Part shown: one piece after another, positions 63,309 through 64,000 of the stretch
Layout: each line of letters opens with the position of its first letter
Position numbering within the stretch: position 1 is the first letter of the stretch
Source: a virus
Taxonomy: Duplodnaviria; Heunggongvirae; Uroviricota; Caudoviricetes
Direction: 5' to 3' (one strand)
Length of the DNA: 64,000 nt
Virus record (IMG/VR): IMGVR_UViG_3300022660_000042
Position numbers and translations under genes: made by a program
Notes under the pieces: generated by a model
What the model was told of the DNA's origin: nothing
The model's database searches: none
Seen by the model: only the letters and a program-made list of their open reading frames with translations

Positions 63309-64000
63309 TTATACACCACACATTTTTACAAAGTCTTCTTCAGAAATAAGGGTAGTACCTTGTTTTCTGGCCTTCTGAGCCTTACTGGAAGTAGAATTCG
63401 GATCGGCGAGCACGAGGAAGTTTGTAGTTTTCTTCATCGTTTCATCGACGACACCGCCATTCTTTTCAACCAATTCCCAAAGTTCCTTACGAGGACGAGA
63501 TGCGGCACCGGTGAAACAGAAAGACTGACCGTTAAGAACACCAGCGACAAGAGCCTTCGGTACAAGAATAGTGATATACTTCAAAGTTTCACGCATATCG
63601 GATTCGAGCGCCTTCAGACCAGCCTTGAGCTTATCGGACGTAATTTGGCCCACACCTTCGCAAATATAATCATTACAGCTGATGAACTCATCAAATGTAG
63701 TCAATTTCTTTGCATCGATAATCCTCTGGACGATTCTTTCACCCAGGCCTGATATGTTATAGCCTGAAATAAATTGAGCCAATGTGGCTTGTTTATGGGC
63801 TTCTATTTGAGCCTTAATGACTTCAGCCGAACGTTTACCGAAACCTTCGAGGTTTTCAATCTTCTTATAGTCAATTTTGTAAAGATCCGAAATTGTAGCG
63901 AACACGCCAGCATCATAGAGAGTTTCAATGGTAGTCAACCCGAGTTCCATAATCTGAAGTTTTTCAGTCCATTTCGAAAGGCGACCTGAAAACTTGCTCT
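63309..64000 (-). CDS. ligA: NAD-dependent DNA ligase, C-terminal HhH + BRCT part (starts beyond the window)
   Basis: LEGFGKRSA, GLGE, GQSFCFTG, KTTNFLV..SSKAQKARKQG; frame open to the window end. Confidence 0.9.
   Translation of the reverse strand, partial: SKFSGRLSKWTEKLQIMELGLTTIETLYDAGVFATISDLYKIDYKKIENLEGFGKRSAEVIKAQIEAHKQATLAQFISGYNISGLGERIVQRIIDAKKLTTFDEFISCNDYICEGVGQITSDKLKAGLKALESDMRETLKYITILVPKALVAGVLNGQSFCFTGAASRPRKELWELVEKNGGVVDETMKKTTNFLVLADPNSTSSKAQKARKQGTTLISEEDFVKMCGV

Noticed and set aside
2550-63989. Numerous + strand ORFs in the track, including long ones (41228..42421, 43613..45109, 55598..56650)
   Set aside because: They are antisense shadows of well-supported minus-strand genes and show no motifs; only 58673..59029 is credible.
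1-64000. Stop-codon reassignment
   Set aside because: Known genes are full length under code 11, there are no CTA or TCA anticodon tRNAs here, and four leaders end logically at TAG.

Overview
This is a 64-kb segment of a large lytic (jumbo/myovirus-like) phage genome. Almost everything is on the minus strand, and the + strand ORFs in the track are nearly all shadows. The host is probably a rumen/gut anaerobe; the AlaRS looks Fibrobacter-like to me, which is an inference from memory. The window holds about 35 tRNA and tRNA-like genes in four clusters, a tmRNA, several unexplained structured non-coding regions and three homing-type endonucleases. Accessory genes include a truncated AlaRS, RtcB, Pth2, NADAR, PARG, PncA/PncB/NadE, a PurA-like enzyme, vWA, radical SAM, Hsp20, an M18 peptidase and the 3' part of LigA. 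Two systems stand out. (1) Five short leader ORFs, three of them absent from the ORF track and two mis-started there, each sit between a promoter and a related GTTCCTGT...ACAGGAAC terminator. Each carries an antiterminator segment near its stop codon. Leader amino-acid and codon content matches the tRNAs (or the synthetase) downstream: A/E/F, N/T/P/V/M, Q/K/R/I, D(+R/K/H/G) and poly-Ala before alaS. This looks like translation-coupled attenuation of phage tRNA operons. (2) A covarying structured RNA module (GC-ANN-N4GT-TCCTAT paired with AC-N4-C-GC) occurs 10 times in two circular permutations. It is found inserted in tRNA anticodon arms (intron-like, 40-41 nt at position 29/30 in two cases), grafted on a G3:U70 minihelix, bracketing whole tRNAs, or free in leaders. 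All calls are by eye; no searches were run.
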